From Cyanobacteria bacterium J06598_1 (GTDB lineage: Bacteria; Cyanobacteriota; Cyanobacteriia; Phormidesmidales; Phormidesmidaceae), in NCBI GenBank assembly GCA_038529685.1, contig JBCBDN010000001.1, forward strand, positions 1-51,067: a stretch of 51,067 bases of DNA. The letters run 5' to 3'. A model generated the notes under the pieces. The model was not told the origin of the DNA. It made no database searches and saw nothing but the letters and a program-made list of their open reading frames with translations. Each line of letters opens with the position of its first letter. The stretch's first letter is position 1. The position numbers and the translations under genes were made by a program. Of this stretch, positions 39,263 to 48,618 are shown piece after piece.

Positions 39263-40939
39263 ATGCGACATCTCATCACTAGCGCCCTGCCCTACATCAA
39301 CGGGATTAAGCACCTTGGAAATTTGGTGGGCTCCATGCTGCCGGCAGATGTGTACGCCAGATTTTTGCGCCAGGAAGGTGAGGAAGTCTTATACATTTGC
39401 GCAACTGATGAGCACGGCACCCCCGCTGAAATCGCCGCGCTAGAAAATGAGCTAGATGTCGCTGAGTTTTGCAAGCGCCAGTATGAGCGTCAGAAAGATA
39501 TCTACCAGAAGTTTGGGCTGTCTTTTGACTACTTTGGCCGCACGTCTTCAACGCAGCAAAAAGAGCTAACCCAATATTTTTACAGCGCACTAGACCAGCA
39601 AGGCTTTATTGAAGAGCGCGAAACCAGCCAGGTCTATTCCATTGCTGACGGACGATTTTTACCCGATCGCTACGTGGAGGGCATCTGCCCAAACTGCGGC
39701 TACGACAAAGCCAGGGGCGACCAGTGCGAAAACTGCACCAAAATGCTGAGCCCCACAGACCTGATTGAGCCGCGCTCTGCGATATCGGGTAGTCGGGATG
39801 TAGAAGTGCGCACCAGCCGTCATCTGTTTCTGAAGCTAGACCAGCTTAGCGATGACGTACGCAGCTGGGTAGATGGGCAAACGCAGTGGCCAAATCTGAC
39901 GAAGTCTATTGCCTACAAGTGGCTAGATGAAGGGCTGCAAAGCCGTGGCATTACCCGCGACCTCAAGTGGGGCGTACCGGTGCCGAAAGCCGGCTTTGAA
40001 GACAAAGTTTTTTACGTTTGGTTCGATGCGCCGATTGGCTATGTATCAGCCACCAAAGCATGGGGCGAAGAAACCGGCGCAGACTGGAAAAGCTGGTGGT
40101 ACGACGCGCAGGATGTGAACTACACCCAGTTTATGGCGAAGGATAATTTGCCGTTCCACACCATCATGTGGCCTGCCACGATCCTCGGTACGCGTGAGCC
40201 TTGGAAAATGGCGGACTACATCAAAGGCTTTAACTGGCTGAACTATTACGGTGGCAAATTTTCGACGAGCTCTAAGCGCGGGGTCTTTTTGGACCAAGCG
40301 CTAGAGATAGCACCCGCAGATTATTGGCGCTATATGCTGATGGCGTCTGCACCAGAGTCTTCAGACTCAGCTTTTACCTGGGAACAGTTCCAAACCAAGG
40401 TCAATAAGGAGCTAGCTGATAACTTTGGTAACTTTATCAACCGGATTTTGAAGTTTACAGCGTCGCGCTTTGGCAATGAGCTACCGGCAGGTGGGGAGCC
40501 GGGTGAGGCGGAAGCTGTACTGGAGAAAAACTGCAAGGTGATGATTGAGGAATTGCGATCGCACCTCAAAAACATGGAGTTTCGCAAAGCCACCGAAACC
40601 CTCAATGCCCTATGGTCGGCAGGAAACCAATACATTGACGTTCGCGCCCCCTGGAGCCTGTTCAAAACAGACAAAGACCAGGCTGCTGTGGTCATCCGCA
40701 CCTGCATTAATCTAATTCGGCTGTACGCTGTAGCCTCCGCACCGTTCATTCCAACAACGGCTGAAAGTCTGTTTGAGGCACTTCAGCTGACTGAAGAAGA
40801 GCGCAACAGCACTATGAGTGCGGCCACAGATTTAACAATACTGGCAGCTGGGCGAGCCTTTGAAGTGCCGCCTGTCCTAATTCAAAAGATTGATGATGAC
40901 CGGGTCGCAGAGCTGAAGGCGCAGTATGGCGGGGACTAG
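39263..40939 (+). CDS. metG: methionine--tRNA ligase
   Basis: ITSALPYING..HLGN (HIGH), TDEHG, CPNC/CENC knuckles, YVWFDA, KFSTS (KMSKS). Confidence 0.96.
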   Translation: MRHLITSALPYINGIKHLGNLVGSMLPADVYARFLRQEGEEVLYICATDEHGTPAEIAALENELDVAEFCKRQYERQKDIYQKFGLSFDYFGRTSSTQQKELTQYFYSALDQQGFIEERETSQVYSIADGRFLPDRYVEGICPNCGYDKARGDQCENCTKMLSPTDLIEPRSAISGSRDVEVRTSRHLFLKLDQLSDDVRSWVDGQTQWPNLTKSIAYKWLDEGLQSRGITRDLKWGVPVPKAGFEDKVFYVWFDAPIGYVSATKAWGEETGADWKSWWYDAQDVNYTQFMAKDNLPFHTIMWPATILGTREPWKMADYIKGFNWLNYYGGKFSTSSKRGVFLDQALEIAPADYWRYMLMASAPESSDSAFTWEQFQTKVNKELADNFGNFINRILKFTASRFGNELPAGGEPGEAEAVLEKNCKVMIEELRSHLKNMEFRKATETLNALWSAGNQYIDVRAPWSLFKTDKDQAAVVIRTCINLIRLYAVASAPFIPTTAESLFEALQLTEEERNSTMSAATDLTILAAGRAFEVPPVLIQKIDDDRVAELKAQYGGD

Positions 40940-40969
40940 ATCAAGCACCTAACTACGAGCAGCTGCTAG

Positions 40970-41428
40970 CTAATAGTTCTCACCGAGCGCGAAGGGATTC
41001 GGGCGCTGTTTGCTAGGTTGCAGTACCGCGCTAGGAGAATAGCCCAGCGCTTCGAGGAAAGCGGCCTGCCGCTGGGGAGAAACGTCAATGGTTTGAGATC
41101 TGCCGTAGGTGATCCGCAATCGGATGCGAGAGAGCGTAGGCGATAGACCCAGCGATCGCACAGGCATCACGGTATGTATTTGCTCCAGCGGCACAGCACA
41201 GGTGTAGGGGCCTGCATTGATGCGCAAAATGGCTGAATCTATCCGGTAGTAGGTGGAAAAAAGCACCCAGGAGGGCAGGATAATCAGTGGCAAAATGACA
41301 GCTAGGCCCAACGCAATCACCGTTGAGTTTTGGCCGATAAGTACCGGCACTGAAAGTCGTGCCAGCAGCAGCGGAAAGCTCAGAACAGCGACGTAAAACC
41401 AGGCATCAACAGCAGAGCGAAAGAACAT
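40970..41428 (-). CDS. membrane protein with bacterial PH domain (bPH_5-like)
   Basis: MFFRSAVDAW, 2 TMs, STYYRID, SPTLSRIRLRITYG, VSP. Confidence 0.75.
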   Translation of the reverse strand: MFFRSAVDAWFYVAVLSFPLLLARLSVPVLIGQNSTVIALGLAVILPLIILPSWVLFSTYYRIDSAILRINAGPYTCAVPLEQIHTVMPVRSLGLSPTLSRIRLRITYGRSQTIDVSPQRQAAFLEALGYSPSAVLQPSKQRPNPFALGENY

Positions 41429-41578
41429 CTAAAAGACCAGTACCAGTACAAAAAGATCGCAAGCTTACGGTGAACACATGCGGCGATCGCACCTGCTCTA
41501 CACTTAAGTTACCCAACAAAAAATATTGATATCCAGCGGTCAAATCGATGATTGTACAACCCGCAACACTGTACATGG

Positions 41579-41670
41579 CCAGCTAGGGGCCCTGTTTGGC
41601 AGCAGCTCCTCTTACTAAGCATCGTATTCATGGGTATTGGCCTTACAGGCGATGGCACCTATGCGCTAAT
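41579..41670 (+). pseudogene. short LysE/RhtB translocator-like remnant
   Basis: PARGPVWQQLLLLSIVFMGIGLTGDGTYAL resembles the segment following the PQF motif in LysE proteins; the rest of the gene is absent. Confidence 0.5.
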
Positions 41671-41720
41671 TAACGGACTGCGTGAATCTAATGAACCGGA
41701 AAGGCCCAACGCTATAGAAT

Positions 41721-42755
41721 ATGGCAACACCGAATTCAATTGAAGCTATGTTTTCCTTTAGCCGCGCTCAGTTTTTGACCCTTGCTCTCTTAGGGCTCAC
41801 GGGTGCACTCAGTGGGAGCTTAATCAGCTGCGGCAATGGCACTCCAACCGTTGGGAGCACCGACGAATCGCCCTTTGTGGCCGTGACGCAAATTGTGGAG
41901 CATCCCGCGCTCAACTCCGTGCGCGATGGCGTAAAAGATGAGCTGGCAGAAGCGGGTTACGAAGAAGGCAGTACGCTCAGATGGGAATGGCAGAGCGCAC
42001 AAGGGAACCCGGTAACGGCGACTCAGATTGCCAGTAAGTACGCTGGAGCGCAGCCGGATGTGATTGTCGCGATCGCAACGCCCAGCGCACAGTCCGCCCT
42101 CTCTACAGCCAGCAACACCCCCATCATTTTCTCAGCCGTCACCGACCCAGTAGGGGCAAAGCTGGTCGAAAACGCAGACAAGCCCGGTGGCAACATCAGT
42201 GGCGTCAGCGACCTATCCCCCATCGCTCAGCAACTAGCCCTCATTAAAGAAATACTGCCTGAGGCGGCGACGTTGGGCGTTGTTTACAGTGCTGGCGAAG
42301 ACAACTCAGCCAGCCTAGTTGCCTTAATTCAAGAAAATTCAGGTGAGCAAAATTTAGAGATTAGAGAGGTCACGGTTACGGCGTCTAGTGAAGTGGCAGA
42401 AGCGGCCCGCAGCCTAGTAGGGTCGGTCGATGCGATCTATGTGCCCACTGACAATACGGTGGTATCGGCGCTGGAGTCGGTGATTCAGGTGGGGCAAGAC
42501 AATCAGCTGCCGGTATTTGCGGGGGATACAGACTCTGTGGAAAGAGGCGCGATCGCAGCTATCAGCTTCGACTACTACGATGTCGGCCGCCAAACCGGCA
42601 AAATGGTCGCCAAGGTGCTCAAAGGCAGCCGGCCGGGAGACTTAGCTGTAGAGTACGTTCAAGAACTCAACCTATCGATTAACCCAGCAGCAGCTGAAGC
42701 GATGGGCATTGAATTACCTGAATCGGTCACATCGCGGGCAGATGAGACCTTATAA
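41721..42755 (+). CDS. ABC transporter substrate-binding lipoprotein (ABC_sub_bind, TrpX-like)
   Basis: Lipobox LISC, QIVEHPALN, AIATPSAQ, FSAVTDPVGA, YVPTDNTV. Confidence 0.9.
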   Translation: MATPNSIEAMFSFSRAQFLTLALLGLTGALSGSLISCGNGTPTVGSTDESPFVAVTQIVEHPALNSVRDGVKDELAEAGYEEGSTLRWEWQSAQGNPVTATQIASKYAGAQPDVIVAIATPSAQSALSTASNTPIIFSAVTDPVGAKLVENADKPGGNISGVSDLSPIAQQLALIKEILPEAATLGVVYSAGEDNSASLVALIQENSGEQNLEIREVTVTASSEVAEAARSLVGSVDAIYVPTDNTVVSALESVIQVGQDNQLPVFAGDTDSVERGAIAAISFDYYDVGRQTGKMVAKVLKGSRPGDLAVEYVQELNLSINPAAAEAMGIELPESVTSRADETL

Positions 42756-42808
42756 TTGCTCGCTCGGCCTCAAAGAATTGTATAAACCATCGCTGTAGAG
42801 GAACCCCG

Positions 42809-42982
42809 ATGAAAAGTGATATTGGCAAGCTCATTATTATGCTGTCTATTCTTTTCCTAATTGCCTTTCCCTTCGCAGGGCTTGCACCACTCACCCTGTT
42901 ATTTTTAGTGGGTGTGTGCGGTTGGGGCTTTCGGTTAGCCACGACTGTCATCAGTGCAACAGACTCGGCTGAAGTTGAATAG
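42809..42982 (+). CDS. small membrane protein (57 aa), absent from the ORF track
   Basis: GAGGA SD 6 nt upstream; MKSDIGKLIIMLSILFLIAFPFAGLAPLTLLFLVGVCGWGFRLATTVISATDSAEVE*. Confidence 0.65.
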   Translation: MKSDIGKLIIMLSILFLIAFPFAGLAPLTLLFLVGVCGWGFRLATTVISATDSAEVE

Positions 42983-43029
42983 TCAGCGAAGGAAGCAAAA
43001 CACCCACAGCTGAGCAGGAGTAAAAAAAC

Positions 43030-43932
43030 GTGAGTGCGATCGCATTTTTTGGGGCAGTTGAGACAGGGTTACTCTACGGCTTCTTAAGCCTGGGGGTATA
43101 CCTGTCTTTTCGCGTGCTCGACTTTCCAGATCTCACGGTAGATGGCAGCTTTCCTCTGGGGGCAGCAGTCGTCAGCGTTCTCATCATTGCGGGCATTAAT
43201 CCCTTTGTGGCCACGAGCATTGCAGTATTAGCGGGCGGCTTAGCCGGACTGTGCACCGCTTTTTTGAGCGTACGGCTAGGCATCTTAAACCTACTGGCCA
43301 GCATTCTCACCATGATTGCGCTGTACTCTATCAATCTGCGGATTATGGGCAAGCCGAATCTGTCGCTGCTGAATCAGCCCACGGTATTAGAGCCGTTTGA
43401 ACAAGCGTTGAGTGGTCTCCCTAGCCTGATCGTGACGCCGATTGTTTTACTCGTTGGCGTCGTGGTGATGAAGTTGATTGTTGACTACTTCTTGAACTCT
43501 CAGGTGGGGTTAGCTATGCGGGCGACTGGGATAAATCCGGTGATGGCACAGGCGCAGGGGATTGATACTGATCGCTTAGTGCTGTTGGGGATGGCCTTAA
43601 GCAATGGGCTAGCGGCACTTTCGGGGGCGCTGTTTGCGCAGATTTATGGCTTTGCTGATATTACGCTGGGGGTCGGAACGGTGGTGGTCGGTCTGGCCAC
43701 TGTGATTTTGGGTGAGGCACTGCTGCCGTCGGGGAGTGTGGCGCTAGCGACGTTGGCGGTGCTGGCGGGGTCAGTAATTTATCGAATTGCGATCGCCCTG
43801 GCCCTCAATGCAGGCTTTCTCGGGTTCAAAGCCCAAGACCTCAACCTCGTCACAGCAATTCTCGTCATCCTGGCACTCACGCTGCCAAAGTCACGATTCG
43901 CTCAGCGGTTAAAGAGAAAGCACGCCCGTTAA
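43030..43932 (+). CDS. ABC transporter permease (TrpY-like)
   Basis: LGVYLSFRVLDFPDLTVDGSFPLG, LYSINLRIMG, GLAMRATG; AGGAG SD. Confidence 0.9.
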   Translation: MSAIAFFGAVETGLLYGFLSLGVYLSFRVLDFPDLTVDGSFPLGAAVVSVLIIAGINPFVATSIAVLAGGLAGLCTAFLSVRLGILNLLASILTMIALYSINLRIMGKPNLSLLNQPTVLEPFEQALSGLPSLIVTPIVLLVGVVVMKLIVDYFLNSQVGLAMRATGINPVMAQAQGIDTDRLVLLGMALSNGLAALSGALFAQIYGFADITLGVGTVVVGLATVILGEALLPSGSVALATLAVLAGSVIYRIAIALALNAGFLGFKAQDLNLVTAILVILALTLPKSRFAQRLKRKHAR

Positions 43933-44429
43933 AAATTGCCTCAGCCGCCGCAAGCACGTCTTGAAAACGAAGAAAAGTTCAACCCCCAAAAAAGCAAGCC
44001 GATGAAAAAGAGAGAATACACAAAAGGCTGCCTTGTCTATATCTTTGGAGTGCGGCCATTTCAGATACGCTTCCGCTTTCTCCCTCTCCAGATAGCACTT
44101 ACTTACCCCCCGCCTATATAGAAGGCACTTGCGAAGAACTAAAAGCCATCGGCCTTAGAAATTTCTTTGAAGGGGAGCCCAACTACACACCCGAACGAGA
44201 CCCAGACGATGATGGTCTCGCCTGCGAAGACCGCTAAGTCATCAATGTTTAAGCCATTTTTAAGCCATTAACGGTTTCAATCGACATCAGCAAAGGCGCA
44301 CTACAGCACCCAGCAGCATACATAAAGTTAATTTCTATCTTTAGAGGCTTCTTATCTAGCTCATTTAGTTTCACTATTAATTTCGTTGAAATGTATTCTT
44401 CTAATCCACCGCACTGTGGATGAGCCCCT

Positions 44430-45920
44430 ATGTCTGCACCCAATGGCGTCATGATGCAATATTTCCACTGGTATAACGATGCCGATGGCTCACTGTGGAA
44501 CGAACTAGCGAAAAATGCACCCGCCCTAGCGGAAGCGGGCATTACCTCACTGTGGCTGCCACCCGCCTACAAAGGACAAGCAGGCGGCTACGACACCGGC
44601 TATGGCGTATATGACATGTACGACCTAGGCGAGTTCGATCAAAAAGGCTCCGTACGCACCAAATACGGCACCAAAGACGAATACATCAACGCTATCAAAA
44701 AGGCGAAAAGCACTGGCATGCAAGTGTATGCAGACGTGGTACTAAACCACAGACTAGGCGGTGACGAAGAAGAAGAATTTAAGGCAACACCCTATGCGCC
44801 CAATAATCGCACCAAAGCCATTGGCGACGAAGTCACCATAAAGGGGTGGACAAACTTCAAGTTTCCAGGGCGCAATGGCAAGTACTCCAAGCTGGAATGG
44901 CACTGGTGGCATTTCAACGCCACAGACTACAACGGCTACGAACAAGGCGACTTTGAAGCAGTCTATCTCTTTGAAGGAAAATCGTTCGACGACCAAGTCG
45001 ATATGGAAAAAGGCAGTTTCGACTATCTGATGGGCTGCGACCTTGATATTGACCATCCAGAAGTCAGAGCAGACCTGATTCGCTGGGGCGAGTGGTATGT
45101 CAACACGACCGATGTCGACGGGTTCCGATTTGACGCGGTCAAACACGTTCAGGCAGGATTTTTTCCTGACTGGCTCAATGACGTACGCAAAGTCAGCGGC
45201 AAGCGGCTGTTTGCCGTTGGAGAATACTGGTCATACGAGATTGAAGCGCTGCACCACTTTATTGAGCTAACCGGTGGTGATGTTGCCCTATTTGATGCAC
45301 CTTTGCACCTCAACTTCAGTATTGCGAGCAATGCTGGCAGCGACTACGACATGCGCACTATTTTTAATGACTCTCTGGTACAAGACCAGCCGGCCTTGGC
45401 CGTTACCCTGGTTGATAATCACGACTCTCAACCCTTACAGTCTCTGGAGTCTGTTGTAGAGCCCTGGTTCAAACCGTTAGCCTACGCGCTCATTTTGCTG
45501 CGCCGAGAAGGCTACCCATGCGTTTTCTATGCTGACTACTACGGCGCTCACTACAAAGACCAAGGCACCGACGGCGGCGAATACGAAATCTGGCTCGATA
45601 GCCATCAGTGGCTAATCGATAAGTTTTTGGGAGCCCGCCGCCAAAATGCCTACGGAGACCAATACGACTACTTCGACCATGCCAACACCATCGGCTGGAC
45701 GCGCCTGGGGACAGAAGAATTTCCCGGCGGCATGGCGGTCGTCATCAGCAACGGAGACGATGGCGAAAAGTGGATGGAAGTGGGTCAAGCAAATCGGACC
45801 TATGTTGATTTGACCGAGCATATTAACGACCCGATTACGACTAACGACGAGGGCTGGGCTCACTTCCGCTGTAATGCAGGCTCAGTATCGGTTTGGGTGC
45901 CTGAAGACAAAGCTGGCTAA
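44430..45920 (+). CDS. amyA: cytoplasmic alpha-amylase (GH13_5 type)
   Basis: MMQYFHWY, LWLPPAYKG, GYGVYDMYDLGEFDQKG, GFRFDAVKH, VGEYW, VDNHDSQ. Confidence 0.93.
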   Translation: MSAPNGVMMQYFHWYNDADGSLWNELAKNAPALAEAGITSLWLPPAYKGQAGGYDTGYGVYDMYDLGEFDQKGSVRTKYGTKDEYINAIKKAKSTGMQVYADVVLNHRLGGDEEEEFKATPYAPNNRTKAIGDEVTIKGWTNFKFPGRNGKYSKLEWHWWHFNATDYNGYEQGDFEAVYLFEGKSFDDQVDMEKGSFDYLMGCDLDIDHPEVRADLIRWGEWYVNTTDVDGFRFDAVKHVQAGFFPDWLNDVRKVSGKRLFAVGEYWSYEIEALHHFIELTGGDVALFDAPLHLNFSIASNAGSDYDMRTIFNDSLVQDQPALAVTLVDNHDSQPLQSLESVVEPWFKPLAYALILLRREGYPCVFYADYYGAHYKDQGTDGGEYEIWLDSHQWLIDKFLGARRQNAYGDQYDYFDHANTIGWTRLGTEEFPGGMAVVISNGDDGEKWMEVGQANRTYVDLTEHINDPITTNDEGWAHFRCNAGSVSVWVPEDKAG

Positions 45921-45940
45921 GCAAAACACGAAGACAGAAC

Positions 45941-45985
45941 AAAAACGGCTGCCAAGGCTTGCGATCGCCCTTAGGCAGCTTTTGT
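45941..45985 (+). terminator. probable terminator after the amylase gene
   Basis: GGCTGCC...GGCAGCT stem followed by TTTGT; the loop contains a HIP1 site. Confidence 0.55.
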
Positions 45986-46023
45986 CTACGTCACAATTGA
46001 GCACTGAGTAGAGGAGGCACTAG

Positions 46024-47211
46024 ATGTCTGCGAGCAATCCTAAAAAGCAACCTGGATTTGAAAAACCAGACAACGAAGCACCGCTCTCCAAAAAGACACT
46101 GACAGAAGGCAGAGAAGACCAATCCCTTCATCGACGGCCTTTTCTAGCACTCGTACGCTTTTACCTACCTCAAAGCATTCACCGTATTGTCATTGGCACA
46201 GCCCGCACGCTAGGGCGAATCTGGTCTGTGAATGGCGGCGAGTGGCACTGGCTAGACGAAAAACCCATCGCACTCAAGCTGCTCAACCGCAGCCTGTGGA
46301 AAGGAGCCAATCCGTCTTTAAGCTATTACATTATGCTGTTCATTTCAGGCGTGATTGCAGCGCTTGGACTACTGGCAGACAGCACAGCAGCCATTATTGG
46401 CGCGATGATTGTAGCACCGCTGATGGGTCCGATTGTGGCGATGGCCTTTGCGATTACGATTGGCAACCGGCGATTGCTCAAGCAGGCAGGGCTCTCGGTG
46501 CTAACCGGCTCGCTGTTGACTATCTTTACGGCCTATCTCATTTGTGAAATTCTAGGGATTGCAACGCTTAACTCAGAGATTTTACAGCGAACGCAGCCGA
46601 CGCTGATTGACTTAGTGATTGGGCTAGCAGCAGGCGCAGCAGGTTCGTTTGCTAAGACGAGGAGAGAGATTGCAGATGCTTTGCCGGGGGTGGCGATCGC
46701 AGTAGCCCTGGTTCCACCGCTCAGCGTTATTGGCATCGGCATCGCACTGGGCTCGCAGTCAGTCACTGTTGGCTCTACGCTACTGTTTCTGACTAACCTA
46801 GGCGGTATTATCCTCAGCAGTGGTCTCGTCTTCATCTGGCAAGACTATGGGTCCGTGCGCAGAGCCAAAAAAGGACTCACGGCCTCTACGATTGTGGTGC
46901 TTTTATTAGGCATTCCGCTTGGTTTCTCCATGCGTGACCTGATTATCGAAGAGAAAACGCGCTCCTTAGTCAGCAAGCTAGTCCGAGAAGAAACCCATAC
47001 CTTCAAAGATACTGACGTTCGTAAACTCAGCGTCGACTCGCGAGGCCAAGATCTCGCTGTTACGCTCGAAGTTGCCGCACCAGAAGGCGCCGTTTCTCCA
47101 ACCCAAGTGGACTTAGTACACAAGTTTTTGGAAAGCGAATTGGCGCGGCCTATCTCGCTAGATGTCAGCATTTTTCCGGTGCAGGAGTACTCCATAAGGC
47201 GAGAACCATAA
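46024..47211 (+). CDS. DUF389 family membrane protein
   Basis: AALGLLADSTAAIIGAMIVAPLMGPI, LPGVAIAVALVPPL, LFLTNL. Confidence 0.9.
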   Translation: MSASNPKKQPGFEKPDNEAPLSKKTLTEGREDQSLHRRPFLALVRFYLPQSIHRIVIGTARTLGRIWSVNGGEWHWLDEKPIALKLLNRSLWKGANPSLSYYIMLFISGVIAALGLLADSTAAIIGAMIVAPLMGPIVAMAFAITIGNRRLLKQAGLSVLTGSLLTIFTAYLICEILGIATLNSEILQRTQPTLIDLVIGLAAGAAGSFAKTRREIADALPGVAIAVALVPPLSVIGIGIALGSQSVTVGSTLLFLTNLGGIILSSGLVFIWQDYGSVRRAKKGLTASTIVVLLLGIPLGFSMRDLIIEEKTRSLVSKLVREETHTFKDTDVRKLSVDSRGQDLAVTLEVAAPEGAVSPTQVDLVHKFLESELARPISLDVSIFPVQEYSIRREP

Positions 47212-47603
47212 AGCCTGAACGTAGGTCAAAGCAAACGCTAGCAGGACGAACGTCAAAAGACATTCACCCCAAACAACAACTTTCCGCCTTGAACAACAAG
47301 ATCGCTTAACAGTGCGATTAGCGGTGTTTGGAGAAAGACGCCGTAATAGAATTCTCCAACCGTCGCAGTCCTTCGGGCGCATTCGGATCAATTTGCAAAT
47401 CCGTCACGTAGTCATAGCTGAATCGCTTCACGCTAGGCAGCACGCCTACTTCTTCAATGGAGCGATTCTGCACGCCTAGGTTGCGCAGCAGGTAGCGGTT
47501 CGCCTTTTGCGCCAGTCCACGGCGGCGCTGCAAAGGGGCCTGACAGCTTGTAGTGGGCGACACCTTCATCGAAACCAAGGCCAGCCTTCAACTGAATCAT
47601 TGA

Positions 47604-47637
47604 AGCCGCTTTCTAATATCGGTATTAGAAAGCGGCT
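47604..47637. terminator. perfect 15-bp hairpin downstream of the Crp/Fnr gene
   Basis: AGCCGCTTTCTAATA-TCGG-TATTAGAAAGCGGCT. Confidence 0.7.
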
Positions 47638-47708
47638 ATTTGTTCCCACCCATACATTTTAAAGAACCGAAAATTCAGGGCTTTTGGCTACATAATCGTT
47701 ATAAAAAG

Positions 47709-48389
47709 TTATGCCGAATACGTCATCGCTTCGCCATAAAGTGGCATTCCTAACGTCTGCGGCGTCACAATCAACTGGCGGCGGTGCACACTCAACCAGC
47801 CTTCATCTTTAAAGTCGCGCAGCAGGCGAGTCACCGTGACGCGAGTTGTGCCAATAATGGTCGCAAGCTGATGGTGAGTCAAGCGAATCTTAATCCGAAC
47901 GCCGTTGGGGCCCACTTGGCCAAAATCTTGCGCCAGCTGCATGATCAAACTGCGCAGGCGATCGGTTACTAGGCGCTTACCCGAAAAGGCCAACCAGGCC
48001 TCTGACTGCTGCAAACGGCGCACCATTTGGGGAAACAGCGCCGCTGATAAAGTAGGGGTTGCCTCGATTTCTGCTATGGAGAGTGGCAGCAGGTCAGTAT
48101 CGCTCAGCGCGGTCGCCCAGTAGGGATGCAAGTTTGTGAGTGCCGAACCAAAGGCCATTGAAGGGCCGCACAGCCCAACGATGGTTTCGTTACCATCGGA
48201 GTGAATAGTGTGTAGCTGAACAATACCCCGACAAATAATGTAGAGATGGTTGGACTGTAGCGGAATCGTGAGACCCGCCGTGTAGGTAATGAGCGATCGC
48301 TCTTGATAGAGCTGCTCCAGCTGGTCGAGCTGCGAGTTCGCAAGTGGGCTATGTGACGGCTGCGTTTGCGCGGAAGTAGTAACTTGCAA
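47709..48389 (-). CDS. Crp/Fnr family transcriptional regulator
   Basis: cNMP-like domain (ICRGIVQL..DGNETIVGL) and HTH LTHHQLATIIGTTRVTVTRLL. Confidence 0.92.
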   Translation of the reverse strand: MQVTTSAQTQPSHSPLANSQLDQLEQLYQERSLITYTAGLTIPLQSNHLYIICRGIVQLHTIHSDGNETIVGLCGPSMAFGSALTNLHPYWATALSDTDLLPLSIAEIEATPTLSAALFPQMVRRLQQSEAWLAFSGKRLVTDRLRSLIMQLAQDFGQVGPNGVRIKIRLTHHQLATIIGTTRVTVTRLLRDFKDEGWLSVHRRQLIVTPQTLGMPLYGEAMTYSA

Positions 48390-48618
48390 GACGAATTAAA
48401 CCCCTAATAGCTTCTATCGTTAAGAGCATAATTAGGCATCGGCATTAACCCTAAAGAAAGGGAAGGTTAAGAGAACGGAAAACTTCTGTATTTTCTCTTA
48501 CAAAGTTTTGGTCATCCGGTTATCTTTTCGCCCCTTTTTTCCGCTGCCAGCCTACGATTAGGCACTGGCAGGCTGACCTCAAATCCGCCATAAAAGAAGC
48601 CGTCGGTTCAATCGCTTT

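Noticed and set aside
43936-44542. ORFs 43936..44121 and 44249..44542, or a riboswitch upstream of the amylase gene
   Set aside because: No recognisable protein motifs or riboswitch consensus; the second ORF overlaps the amylase start antisense.
47226-47590. Possible tmRNA on the minus strand (GGCCTTGGTTTCGATG resembles a tmRNA 5' end)
   Set aside because: No GGGGC 5' end, no tag peptide ending in AA, and no T-arm/CCA 3' end.
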